Of a DNA stretch of 64,000 bases, positions 37,729 through 50,050 are shown in pieces. Made by a program: the position numbers and the translations under genes. The stretch is taken from NCBI GenBank assembly GCA_050575255.1, contig JBNZDD010013610.1, positions 1,534,366 through 1,598,365 on the forward strand, written 5' to 3'. The number at the start of each line of letters is the position of its first letter. Positions within the stretch are counted from its first letter, which is position 1. The stretch is from Harriotta raleighana (lineage: Eukaryota). The notes below the pieces were generated by a model. It had not been told where the DNA came from and searched no databases. It saw only the letters and a list, made by a program, of their open reading frames with translations.

Positions 37729-39489
37729 ACCATGATGATATTTTCACAAACATTCAAGATTTACCTTAATATTAGTTTCCGCAAGATACCACAATTACTG
37801 CTTTTGATTTTTTTTTGGGTCCATGCTTAATGAGTCTCTTTTTGGTATTTGCTTTCAGGAGTTACTTTACCCAATCTCCATAAAGCCTGTGCATTCGTTA
37901 CATACAACAGGCTTCATTATCTTATCTTACTGCATTTTAAGGTCAATGTCAATAGATGGTTAGTGGAAGTTACTAAGGGTTAGGGATTATGATTGAAAAC
38001 AGTCCTTGATGGGTCTCCATAGATTGATCAGCAGTCGGTATCTTCACAGCTAATAAAATCCCAGAGCTATCTTTCTGAGATCTGATCAGCCAAATGTCAT
38101 TTTTTTGAGCTGATAGTAACATGATAAGAAAGGTTTTCTTGGGTAAAAAAATAGATTTTACATTTTAACCCATGAGCTGAATGTTGCCTCATTTCTTTAT
38201 ATTTTTGCATTTTGTAACTGTCAAATTTTATAAGTGACGCCACACAAATAAGACATTTACGAAGACTTATGCAGTTATTCACTGACAGCCATAAATTGCT
38301 TTTTGCAAATTCCATAACATCATTTTAATATTTAATATACATTTGCTTTCTTCTTTTTTAAAAAAGCTATTGATTAATACAAAGTTAATTCCACCATTAT
38401 AAACTATAAAATCAATTTAAAAGCTTTTTTATTAAAAAAAAATCCCCGCATCTATTGATGTACAATTTAAATTGAATGGAATAATCTAACATTTTAAAAT
38501 CTTACCCCCATGTGCCCCCTCACCAGTTCCATCTGACACAAAGTGGTCATAGTGACGTTGTATGTCTGTTATATTGGATTAAACTCAAGACAAGAGAGAA
38601 TTTCTTGAATGAATCCTGAGATCCGAGCGTTAATGATTGGTAGCTCTGCGATAAACAAAAGATAACTCGGCAGTGCCCTTATGCTAAAATATAATTTTAA
38701 TAGCCCTAAAATTACGCACAGCACTGAAGACTTGGTGACATTTGGAACATGTCATTCTTCCTGAAATGCTTCGTTTAGTACTTGTTGTCACATCTCAGAA
38801 TCTGATTGAGAATAAACGCTGATGCATATTTAGCGTGCTTTATATCCACTGCGTGTGCTGAGATACATACATATTCATCAGCTGTATTAGCTGCAATATT
38901 AGCATCCAGTCCGAAGGCTTATGGTATAGACAAATAAATGTAGCTGAAATTGTTCATTGAAAGGCAGTTTAATTTGTGTTTCCATTAGTTTCCTGCTCAT
39001 TCCAATCCCACAACTTGATAGCCACTTGAAGCTCACCCAATTGAGGCTTGCAATTTTGAATGACAGGCAGCCCTGGGACTTGAAGAAGATTACTTGAGCC
39101 CCTCCACTGCCTGCACTTATGCCAGACAAATATTTCACGCAACAAATACATTTGTATCCTGCATTTTCCCTGTAGTTTTGAGATTCATTTTTTTTGCTAA
39201 TACATAGATGTCAAATGCTACCGCACCAACAAAAACTCTTTTAAGAATCGTGTGCGTATCTTTGTAAGGCTTTCTCTCACTCTCTCCTTATGGGAGAGGA
39301 AGCAACCTCTATGATGATGTGAATGTGGCAGAGATTACCTTTTGGCATTATGATTTACCGATTGAGAAATTGTCCTTCATCTGAGTATAAGAACATCAAC
39401 TTGCCCAGAGAGACCCACTGATGGTGAACCATGTAGCATTGCAGAACAGAAGTCGCTTATTGGGACATGCACAAATTTTATTCTAGCAA

Positions 39490-39720
39490 TTCAGGACCTG
39501 AGCCTGGGGAGGGTTGGGCAGAGTTGAGACGAGGGAGGGCGGAGAAGATGGAAGGCAACTGAAGGCATGGTAGAAAAGGTGGGTCTTGATTCATGCCTTG
39601 AAAGAGGGAAGGGAGAGAGCATGGTGAAGGGATTGTGGGATGGAGTGACAAAGGGTGGGGGCAGAGAGGCTGAATGGCTGGCTGCTGATAGGAGGGCGGA
39701 CCTACCAAACAAGATCTTTT
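39490..39720 (-). mobile_element. L2 LINE 3' fragment (ORF2 pseudo-coding)
   Basis: Minus frame reads PFSLSAPTLCHSIPQSLHHALSLPSFKA*IKTHLFYHAFS, a decayed AFS..APTLWNSLP...FK..LKTHLF motif. Confidence 0.85.
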
Positions 39721-39775
39721 GGGAGGTGGAGAAGCTTCTGATTGAGTAATTAAGTGCAAACTTCTAACAGCTCAC

Positions 39776-39917
39776 ATGGAAGCAGATTTGATAGTAGCCT
39801 TCAAAAGGGAATAGAATATGTACTTGCAAGAAAAAAATTTGCAGGGCTATGGGTAAGGAACTGGTGAATGGGACCAGATACGATGAGCCGAATGGCCTGC
39901 TTCTGTTCTGTAAGAAT
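39776..39917 (+). mobile_element. CR1 LINE 3' end
   Basis: EADLIVAFKRE*NMYLQEKNLQGYG followed by gatgagccgaatggcctgcttctgttctgtaa. Confidence 0.85.
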
Positions 39918-40672
39918 CCCCACCCAACCCAACTCTCCCCCACTCCCGCACACACATGGTTGCTCAACGTTTCGTTCTCTGCTGTTATTTTTTCTTTATA
40001 CTTTATGCCCTTTTCCTCTCAACCATTCCATTTTCCTTCATTCCATTCAAGTTTTCTTCTCTCCTCCTTCTAGCACTATTCCCTCCAATATGTTCCAAAT
40101 CCAGGGACTAACCTCAAAAAGTTCTTGGAAATCATTCCCATTCACAGTTTTTGACCCGGGTTAGCCTGTCAACCTCTGGTGACATTACAAGCTGGGACTG
40201 TAGAGTGGTACAGATCGGCTGTTAACTTATTTGCTGCCAAACCACTCTCTCACAAACCTTTGGGGATACATTTTCAAGTTCACAGCCCCTTAACACAGAG
40301 TTGTCTGTAAACTTGAAACTGAAGCCCAATAACTCAAGACCAGTGTGCGTGCTTCTTTAGACAGTTAAGGATCAGACGTAAATTCAACACCCAGGGAATA
40401 GGATGTATTCCCTTCCTGCACCAGACTGCATGGCTTGCACACATACCTGCAACCTCATCAAACCTGAACAATTGCCAGAGATACAGATCCACCCTTGGGG
40501 CACCAGAAATTGGATGTTACTGAACCGATTACACATGGCTATCCAGTTTTGAGAATAAAAAATATTTTAGCATTAACAATAAATGGAGTTGTGTTCGAGT
40601 TGTTTGGGTGGACTGCCAGGTCTCCCATGATTAAGCGTTCCTACCCGCACAACAAGCTCGGAACTTCCTTTG

Positions 40673-40736
40673 AACAACAACAACAAAATTGCATTTATAA
40701 AGCGCCTTTCACGTCGGGAGGACGACCCAAGGTGCT
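40673..40736 (-). mobile_element. L2-type 3' tail, (TTG)n
   Basis: aacaacaacaaaattgcatttataaagcgcctttcacgtcgggaggacgacccaaggtgctg. Confidence 0.85.
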
Positions 40737-40879
40737 GGAATATAAAGTCAACTGTAAAATCCTGCAATAAGGATTATCCAGTTAGAGACAACCTGTCTCG
40801 AGAGGTTGAATAACTTGTGAGGTGACAGCAAATGAGTCAAGCTACCATAAATGTTTGTGGGTGTGAAAGGTTTTACGTA

Positions 40880-40932
40880 AAGTGCATGAGAGGTGTTATA
40901 TAAATGCAAGTTGTTGCAGTTGACTGCTGTTG
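40880..40932 (+). mobile_element. Degraded L2-type tail
   Basis: tgagaggtgttatataaatgcaagttgttg. Confidence 0.5.
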
Positions 40933-42587
40933 TGGGTTTTCTACAAGTGTGGTTTGTGGCTTTCATGATGATTGTGTTTGAGGACGACATCCAAATGCAT
41001 CTCCCAGTGGCTCAGGACCACAATACACTTGGCCACAATACTCTTCTCAACACCTTGCCCAGTAAAGGCAAGAAAAGATCTATTTATTCCTTTCACTTTC
41101 AAATTCACCTCAGTGTGTATACAGATAGCATCACTCCCCCCAGTGAAACTCCAAGTCACTGATACTGAAGATATTGATCAGTTTTCAGTGGAATAAATGA
41201 GCAGGAGAGTGAGGCTTGTAAAGGATATAAGGGCAGGGAGCAAGTTCTTGCAGGGATTTGTCTGTTCACAGATTTTAGTGCAATGTGTAGTGACTGGTGT
41301 TTTGTATGCAAACGGCCTTTATGATCTTTGGAGCATTTGCTTTCGGATCTACTCTGTGGGATATCATATGTTTGTGTGGTTGGGGGAGGGGAGAGGTAGA
41401 GGGAGGGTAAATCATCATCATTCTGTTGGATTTAATACTGAAGGAGTTATAGTACAGGTACCAACATTTTCTTTAAGCAGTGAATCATCCTTAGTCAGTT
41501 GTTCAGCTTGAATTCAAATGAGAGGAACTGCTGTAAGTATGACCGAGGAGGACCCTGTATAATATGTGCACCTAGGTTTCTCCAGCTGCGGTTGGCAGAA
41601 ATATGTCAACGATAGCACACCAGATAAATATAGTGTTTAGACTCATCCCCCGAAAGCCTTATCAGCCCAGTGCATACTTTCATTGCCAGACAGTATGGCA
41701 TAAATAGATTTTCTTCTTGATATTCAAATCAGACATTTAGTGGAGTCATGGCAGGATGTGCTTTGATGCAGCTGCAAGAAACTACCTTTGTGAAACACAT
41801 AAAGAAGACCTTTTATATATTAAATGATGCTCTGGTTTTCTGCACAGCGTGTTCCTATTTTAACAACATCCACTCAGCTCTCCCACTTTCCCTTCTGTTA
41901 CAGCTTGCTGCTGGGCTGCTTGTTCATAAGCACTCGGGCAGATGAAAAAAAAACAGTTTACTCAATTTTAGGATTATTTGAACCCACTTGATTCCTTGCG
42001 TTGATCGATGATGATGCCCTTTTGGAGTTTCCAGTAACATGAGAAGCTCACAAGCCCTTCAAAGCAGCTCTCAGATAATTGGTGAGCTCACCAGCAGGTC
42101 TAGCTTGACCTCCTGTAGGCAGTTGGGTCTCTGAGGCCAGAGAGATGGGCATTCTTCGTGCTGACAATGTAACCTTAACATTGAGTTAGTAAAGGGGAGA
42201 TAAAAAAACATTTCTACAAGGGTTTTCTGCACAAGCTGTCAGTTTGTATATAACTTCACTGTACTTTTCTGACAGACACTTGAGCTCTGTGCAGTCAATT
42301 CCTTAAGTAATTTGAAAGCAAATCAAAGTGACATTAGCTGCTTGAGAATGAAGTGGGGAACAATTTCTTCTTGTGGGGAGGAGGAATTTTCCCTTTTACG
42401 GGTGCTTTTATAAACATGAAAAGGATTTGGCAAATGAAAAATGAACATGAAGCGTACAATATGAGTTCGACAATTAAGTGATCGCACATTGAAGGCAAAG
42501 GCAATTGAAATCTCTTTCAGCAATGTTGCTACTTAATCTTCTGAGCAACAAATTGCTTTAAACCTTTCAAAATATGCCATGCATCTA

Positions 42588-42702
42588 TAATAAAAATAAT
42601 ATCCTTCAATTGATAGAGAGCCTTATCATGTCTTCAAGATGTCTTAAAGCGCTTCACAGAATATACTGTGAATTGGAGTGAATTGACTGTATATTTCGTG
42701 GG
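42588..42702 (-). mobile_element. SINE 3' fragment
   Basis: gccttatcatgtcttc...aaagcgcttcacagaatatactgt...gtgaattgactgtatattt. Confidence 0.85.
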
Positions 42703-45011
42703 AGTAAATATTTAGCTGCTTCCAATATAAATGCAGGAGGCATTTACTGCACTTCTCCAGATTTGAGAGTTTACAGTATGAAGCAGATTGATGCAAATGT
42801 GAGGAGCCACAGAGAATTATGACCACAGTACTGTAGTAGGTTATGAACTGATTGACAAAACTCTTTTGAGCTTGTGGATTCTGTACAAATTTGCCTTTGG
42901 AGTCGTTAATGTATTCAAATACAAACATCGTGATTTACCCAATGCAGATTTTTTTACAATGATCATTAATGATTGCTTGAGTCGCAGACAGGCACAATAT
43001 TCTCAACTAATTTCCACAGTATGAAAGCCTTTCCTTCTTTAAGTATTTATAAATCTGGAAACGTATGTTTCTCAGCAAACTTTGGACATTTATTTCGAAC
43101 AGCATCTGTGTTACTGTGGTGCACATCTGCAATTCCATCTGCGTGTGTAATGTGAGCATTTAGACAAGTTTGAATCTTTGCACATCTTCTCTGCTGCATG
43201 TGCTGCCAGCATTTCAGTGAATGCTCGGCAATGGTATACCATTTCAGCAGCACTGCACTTTGGGAATACACTGCCAATGCAAAAGCTCAAATATACACTA
43301 TTGCAAAGAATCACATTACTGGACCTTCAACCTCCTGTTATTGAACTGCAAACAGTACATGTGCCACATTGCATGGTTATTGATTGTCTCGCTTCCACCA
43401 TGGCTCTTCTCTCCTTAATACTTTCAGCGCACATCACCCAACTCCACCATATAGGAGTTTACCTCTATGAGTAACATTCTGGGATCAGGCATCAGTGATG
43501 AGCCTCCTATTTATCTTGTACTGTGTGGATTTAGGATATAGAATCATAGAATATTCCTTATTCCTCACATAAATTCCTGTGTGTGGTTTATGGTCATTTA
43601 TTAACTCAATGTGGTGCAAAGTGGGATCAAATTGTTTCTGAAACACTGTGGTTTTTTTACGCCAACAGTCGAAGGCGCAATTACATTTTTTAAAGTTGTT
43701 TTATTTCCATTTATAATGTTAAAACCTGATCGAACCAAGTTATTTTCTGTGGTGGAAATTTGACTGTTCACCTGAGGTGTATGTATAAGTGAAATCAGGA
43801 ATAAAACTGGATTGAAAAAAAAAGATTGTTTAATTCCTCATTCATCTTAAAATAACATTGAATCTAACTTAATGTTAAAAGAAGCTCTCCTGCCCATTGA
43901 CTGTAAATTTATTGCAATTTGGAGACTGATGTTTAACTGAGATATTACTTGATATTTTGCGTGCACACATAGAATCTTCACTCACTTAGCACTACAGGAA
44001 GCCACTAAGTAAACAGGAAATCAGAGGCCTTTTACCTAAAATAACTTTTCTTTTAAATAGAGCATAGGTTATCTCAGGATGAGGAACAGATGCACGGTCA
44101 GAGTCTAAAGATTAAGAAGAGATGCAGTCTCAAAGCTTAAATAATTACTACACCAGATCTCACACCTCAGTGTTCCATCGACAAAACACTTACCTTGTCC
44201 CACTGAGGTTGCAAGTTCAAATCCCAATGGAGGCAACATTCAATCCACCATCATGTGTTGCAAAGTTCTCAGATAGCCTTTTTTGTGGGGAGGGTTTCTG
44301 GAATTAAACTCAGGAGTGTTTTAATTCCAATCTGGTGGCATATAATGAGAGCTCCCTTTCGATCAAATGAGGAGTTAATTGTAGTGGGTCTGACTTGCTG
44401 TACATAGTAATTGTTGTCTCTAGTTTCTCTCCATCTACCTGGACGGAAATAGCCTAATTTCTATGTGTGGCAGTGAAACAGCCAGGTTGGTCCCTTTGCG
44501 GTCTACTGTTTCATAGAAATCCCATGGTTTAAATCCCTTTAACAAGTACATCGGGCATCATAAATTGTGAACGAAATAGTCTATAATCTTTGCGAGGCGA
44601 CATCTTCAAATTAGAATTGAATTAATCCATTTATGAGACTCTGAGTCCGATGTTTATGGCATCCCATCAGCAAATGAAAGTTGACTGCTGCCAAGCAAAC
44701 AGTAACATATCAGGTGAATACAAGGCTATTGGACGTCAGTGAGACATATATTATATGCTACTTGCTTCTCGCAACACACAAGACTACTGGGAAGTGAGTA
44801 GCAGCTGGTAATAATGGGACAAGTTAGCCATTTCTTCACACTGAAGAGGAGGTTCTGTGCTGGTTGTGTAGATGTGGATTGTTGAGGATGAAGGGAGAAT
44901 TCCTCTAAAATTTACACGAGTAATGTACTGTTTATGGAATTATTTGACTGTTTGGGACACTGCCATGTGGCTGCTCACAAAATGCATACAATTCACTTTG
45001 CAGCGGTGAGT

Positions 45012-45111
45012 TAATAATAATAATCCTTGCATATGACATAGCACCTTATCACATCGTCACGAGTTCTCAAAATGATTTACTGTAAAGTGAATTGACTGTA
45101 TATGTTGTGGG
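45012..45111 (-). mobile_element. SINE 3' fragment
   Basis: taataataatccttgcat...ctgtaaagtgaattgactgtatat. Confidence 0.8.
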
Positions 45112-45116
45112 CACAA

Positions 45117-45165
45117 TCTCTCAATGACATAGTAAGTGCTATATCAAATGCAAACATTATTATTT
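45117..45165 (+). mobile_element. SINE tail abutting the previous copy in inverted orientation
   Basis: taagtgctatatcaaatgcaaacattatta. Confidence 0.65.
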
Positions 45166-45724
45166 TTATTACTCCAAATAATACATAATAAAATTGCAGG
45201 TTACAAAACAGCTTCCACAGTGTGTTTAGACCAGTTTTATGCCACCACTTTGAGGTTTTTTCCCCAAGACAGAACAATATTTTTATTACATGTACAAAAG
45301 TGTTTACAGGTTATAAGAACAAGTGATATCGGAAGTATTCGCTCATCCTGATACCTTTTCAATAAGCACAATGGGCCAATGAAGAGCTGGAGCTTGGCAA
45401 CACATACATCATGCAGAAGAAAAACTACTGCTGCAGTTCAATAAATGGGTAAATAAAGAGTTCATAATGGCACCTGTGATACGTATAATTTATCCAGCTG
45501 AACCAAACCGATAACCTTTAACCCCCAAAGTTGCTTGTGGCTTGTGAAGTGAAAATTAATTCCATAACCTACATCATAAGCGAACTGGGCTGAAAATTGG
45601 CTAACATTTGCACAAGCTTCGGGTTTCGTCAATCACTTTCCCGTTGGCTCATGTTAAAGAAAGATTATTGTTAGCATTTGCACTTTGAAGTAGATCCCCA
45701 CGCCACATTGTCTGATGGGTGTTA

Positions 45725-46130
45725 GGTGTCAGCCTATCTCAAATGGTAGTGCTCTCTCTCTCTCGCCTCTGAGTCAGAAGATTGTGGGTTCAAGCCCCAC
45801 ATGGGAACTTGAACTGTCTAAACTGACACTCCTTTCGCTGGGGCGAGGGAGTTACATTCTCAGAGGTGCCATCCTTTGAATGTAATGTTAAACCGAGATC
45901 CCATCTACACATTCAGGTGTATATTAAAGCGTTTGTGTGACACTATTTGAAAAGAGAAAGGAGTTTCTCCCAAGCTCTTAGTCAACAATCCTCTAAATAA
46001 AATTTGTCATTCACTCCATGGTTGTTTGTGGGACATTGCTCTGCACTAATGGGCTGCTACATTTGCCCACACAAATGTACGTCACAGTAAAATCTTGTGA
46101 AGTGCTTTGAGACGTCATTCCAACGTGCAA
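45725..46130 (+). mobile_element. Near full-length Deu-domain SINE (SacSINE1/AmnSINE1-related)
   Basis: tRNA head (ctctgagtcagaagattgtgggttcaagcc), Deu-like core (ggtgccatcctttgaatg..gttaaaccgag...cactatttgaa...ggagtttctcc), L2-type tail (tgtttgtgggacattgct...tgtgaagtgctttgagacgtc). Confidence 0.8.
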
Positions 46131-47336
46131 AGTAATGTACCAGCTATAATGATTACAATCATTGCTTGCCTCTCTTTTGGAGTTCTTCCTCTCTCTTTCT
46201 TTTTCCTATATTTCCACTGTCATGAGGTGGATCAATTGAGGAGAAGTGAATAATTGTGAAATAATCTGGCAAAGGTTTCTAATAAAGAAATGATATGAAA
46301 CTCTTTGGGGTGTGTTGTCAAGTGGAGATTGTAAAACAGTACGTTTACGTGATTCCAGGTTGGAGTGATGAGCTATTCTAGGACAGGAACCCATGATTAT
46401 AACATTTTAAATCAAATGCATAAATCCTTCCCCATCAATGCATTTAATCCTCCTTTGTAAACGTTGCTACATCTGTCACGTCCATATTAAATTTTCTATT
46501 CTAAATATTTTCACTTAAGTGTTTCAGTTAATGCCTGTGTATCATCTTGCAAAATAAATCTGCGAGACTGGGACTCCATGGGGTCAAACTGAGGATATCC
46601 AACATGGCAATTGGGCATGGAGTCCAGGAAAAATTCAATACAGCACTTCGAACGCTTTTCAAAGCTGTGGTTCACTGCATTTCCCAGAAATATTAATGAC
46701 CAAAATTATAGTCAATGTCTCAAATGCTGGCGTGTTGGCTAACCCCCCTGGTTGTTTTAGCGAAAGATCCAGAATGGCTATCAATATACACTCCAGTGGC
46801 CAAGCAAGCAATATTTGTACAAGCACATAATAGCTTTTTAGCAACTGACCAATGTGTGATACTATTTCTCATTTATTGCTATTGCAGATTGTGCTGTAAA
46901 AACTGAGTAAAATACTACACAGCTATCCATGAATGCTAAGAAGATCATCCAATACTCTTTCTTTAAGGACTTTCACTATCAATTTTTCCCTCTTCCCCTC
47001 CCCAGCCGCTGTTAAGCCTGTATCCCTCTGGTAACTAACTGAATAGGAAAATCGTTTTGGATACTATGTCTATTGGCTTCTACTCTGCTAATAAGCAATC
47101 AATTCCATAAGTGAATATCTCTTCAGAAGTTATTCCCTAAATGAGGACTTATTGGTTTCTTTTGCTTATCTTCCTCTCCCTGTTCATTACAATGTAACTC
47201 ATAATGTCCATCTTAACCATTCTCAATCAAGTCTCTTAATATAAATGGGAATCAGTTTGTTATTCAATTGGCAGATCGCTTTTCTAGGGGTGATAATTCC
47301 TTCCAAAGGAACTATAACTTGATCTCTTAATTTCCG

Positions 47337-47460
47337 ACTGTTTATGGATCTCTGCTGTCGCTGACGTGTTTCGCCCATAAAATATAGTCACTACACTTTA
47401 TAGTATATTCTGTGAAGTGCTTTAAGATATCTCAAAGACATGATAAGGCACCATATCAAA
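47337..47460 (+). mobile_element. SINE 3' fragment
   Basis: tttcgcccataaaatatagtcac...tattctgtgaagtgcttt...gataaggcaccatatcaaa. Confidence 0.85.
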
Positions 47461-48744
47461 TTTGTTTAACTGATTTTTTTTCTCTCACAAACAAACTCAA
47501 TTTAATGATGGATACCTCATTAGGTCTATTGGTTCGGAAGGGTTACTTAGTCTGATATCACGAGGGAGCTAAAAATTCAGAGCTTTTGCTGAAGCATTTG
47601 GAAATCTGCAGTGGTGCAGAAATCCTATTAATAGGGATGATAAGAACATGCAAAATTACATCTGATAGATATGGGGATATTTAAAGTTGCGCGGGTCACT
47701 TGTTTTGCTCGAATCAGCAAAGCGTTTGCTGTATTTGCTGATTACAGAGAAAGGAAGGATGCATTTCTCACTGACAAGTTAGAGGTTGTAAGATACCCGG
47801 GCCAATGAGCTGGTTGTGCATCAAACTGCCCCAGAGATGCCACAGTAAGGTTTAGTAGCCCAAACTCAGTTCAGCATCCAAACGCAGTGTTCCATGCTCG
47901 TCGTCGAGCCTTTAAACATTTACATATTGAGGCTTTTGAAATATTGAGATTTATTTTTCCTCATCCGCTGAAGGCTGTAACATAGGATACAGTGCACCAG
48001 CTAATAGGATCTCTTCAGGATCTCGACCAGTGGTGGCCAATCTTCTTGGTCAGGTCAACTGACTACATTTTTCATTGTTGAATTTTGCTTTATTTATAGC
48101 CTATTGGGGCTTGGCAGCGACCGGGCAACGGGGTATTGATTTGGCACTGACTAATGTGGCTGTTTGATATGCCACATCGTGATGCCCCAAAAGCGGTCAC
48201 TACATTACATTCACTTAACTCCATTGTGCCATTATCCACACACTTCAAACAAACAAGAATCAGTGAACCCCTATCAAATGTGTGGGACAGCCAGTGTCCC
48301 CCAGAGAATCCAGTGAGCTGGACCTTCACCTGAATGATTCAGGAAATTTGTTCGGAAATAGAATGATCGTTCTTTTACAAATCGCTCTGATCATGAGGGA
48401 TAGCACTGGTGCGGAATTCCACAATAGGCATGTAAGCCGTTGTATTTCTTGTGGTGATTCGTGCGCATACGTTAACAAAGTTGCAATGTTTAACAGCTTG
48501 TTGAACAATGATAAACGCCCCTCCCTTCCGCCAACTCGAATGTGCCTTAACCTTACAAAGAATGACCCACTGAACAAGTATGAATATTTCCACTTCCCAC
48601 ACCACTAATCCAGCCTGCCAAGGGAGATTGCTGACTTTACCACAAATTTATGTTGAATAATGGATGTTTGTGTTGTGGAAGGACACCCACCAGAAATTAG
48701 AGCCTTTTTCAAGTAACAAGAAGAATCGAGACTTTCACCCCATT

Positions 48745-48812
48745 ATCAGCTGATGAAGAATTGAACCAAGTCCCAGGAATAAAAGTACAGTGTATTTAAC
48801 CCGCTGTGTCGT
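48745..48812 (-). mobile_element. Degraded tRNA-derived SINE head
   Basis: Minus: gacacagcgggttaaatacac...tgggacttggttcaattc, with A/B-box-like spacing. Confidence 0.35.
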
Positions 48813-49887
48813 TATGTTCAACTGAAGCAATCTTATTCAGCCTATACAGTGTGCCAAAACCCATCAACCCTGACAACACGTCATTTTTATCTGTTTAGCT
48901 GCAAAAAGAAACATAATGAATCATTAATTTATCCGGTATTCCAGTGGACGTTTGGTATTCAGTGTGGCTTCGTTGCTTCACTTGACAGTTGGAAAGAAAA
49001 TGGCAGTGGGAGGAACAATACTCCACTTGTGCTTCGTGCACTTACCCTGGTGTTGGCACACTTTGCTATCAAAGCAGTGCATTTCATGGTGCGAACTCAA
49101 TTACCTGACGTCTGACCTCTCTAAAAAGATTGGAGGGGGAAGCGAGAGGCCACTCTCTTCATGGAGTGTATATTTTCTGCAGATGAGGCTTGGAAAGAGA
49201 GGGAGACTGGTCACATATCAGTACTGTATGCGCAAGTTAGAAGAGAGGAAGTTGTGCATTGGTGTTATAACCATATTCAGACCAGTGGCTTGCATCGCAA
49301 AAGTAGCCAACTGCTTTTGACAGCTCCAAAGTACGGAAGAGGTGAATGGAAAAATGGATGCTGTTTATCCAGCACAAGTTAACAGGAATGAGTACAATCA
49401 GTATAGACAGCAAAATAAGTTTCTATCGAGTTAATAGATGTTTGCTAAAGTAATATTGACTTTACCAGCATTTTTTTTCCACCAAGTGTAATTGCTTCAG
49501 CCATGCAGTAAGAAATAAGGCTGGCATCACAGGTTGTAAAACACGGTTTCACTCAATGTTTAGTTCAAATTAAGCAGTGGCGTTTCCCAGATCAAAATGA
49601 GATTGTCTGCTGGTATCTGAATAGAGTTGTTGAGCAAAACATTCAATGAAAATAAAGTGGTGGTATGGAGTGGAGTGGGGTGGGGGAAGCAAGTACTTAT
49701 ATTTCATTACCAGTGACTGAATCTATCTCCCTGTTTCTCTTCTTCCTGAGCTGAGCTGGTGTGGGTTCAGTCAGAAACAAAGAAGTCTTCAATGTGAATG
49801 TTTGTTGGTCAAGACATTATTAATATGCTGATCATGGATGTATATGAAGGAAAGACTGCCTTATGTTGAAACCATAGTTTTTTAAAA

Positions 49888-50050
49888 AATCTTATATTCA
49901 ATATAGCGCTTTTCATGTCTTCTAGACATCTCAAAGTGTTTCACGAAATATACTGTAAAGTAAATTGACTATAATTGTGGGCAAAATGCAGCAGCCAATT
50001 GCGCGCAGCAGTGTCCCACAAACAGTGGCGGATTGAGTGAGCAAATTATT
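49888..50050 (-). mobile_element. SINE 3' half ((TTA)n family)
   Basis: gcagccaattgcgcgcagcagtgtcccacaaacagt. Confidence 0.9.
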
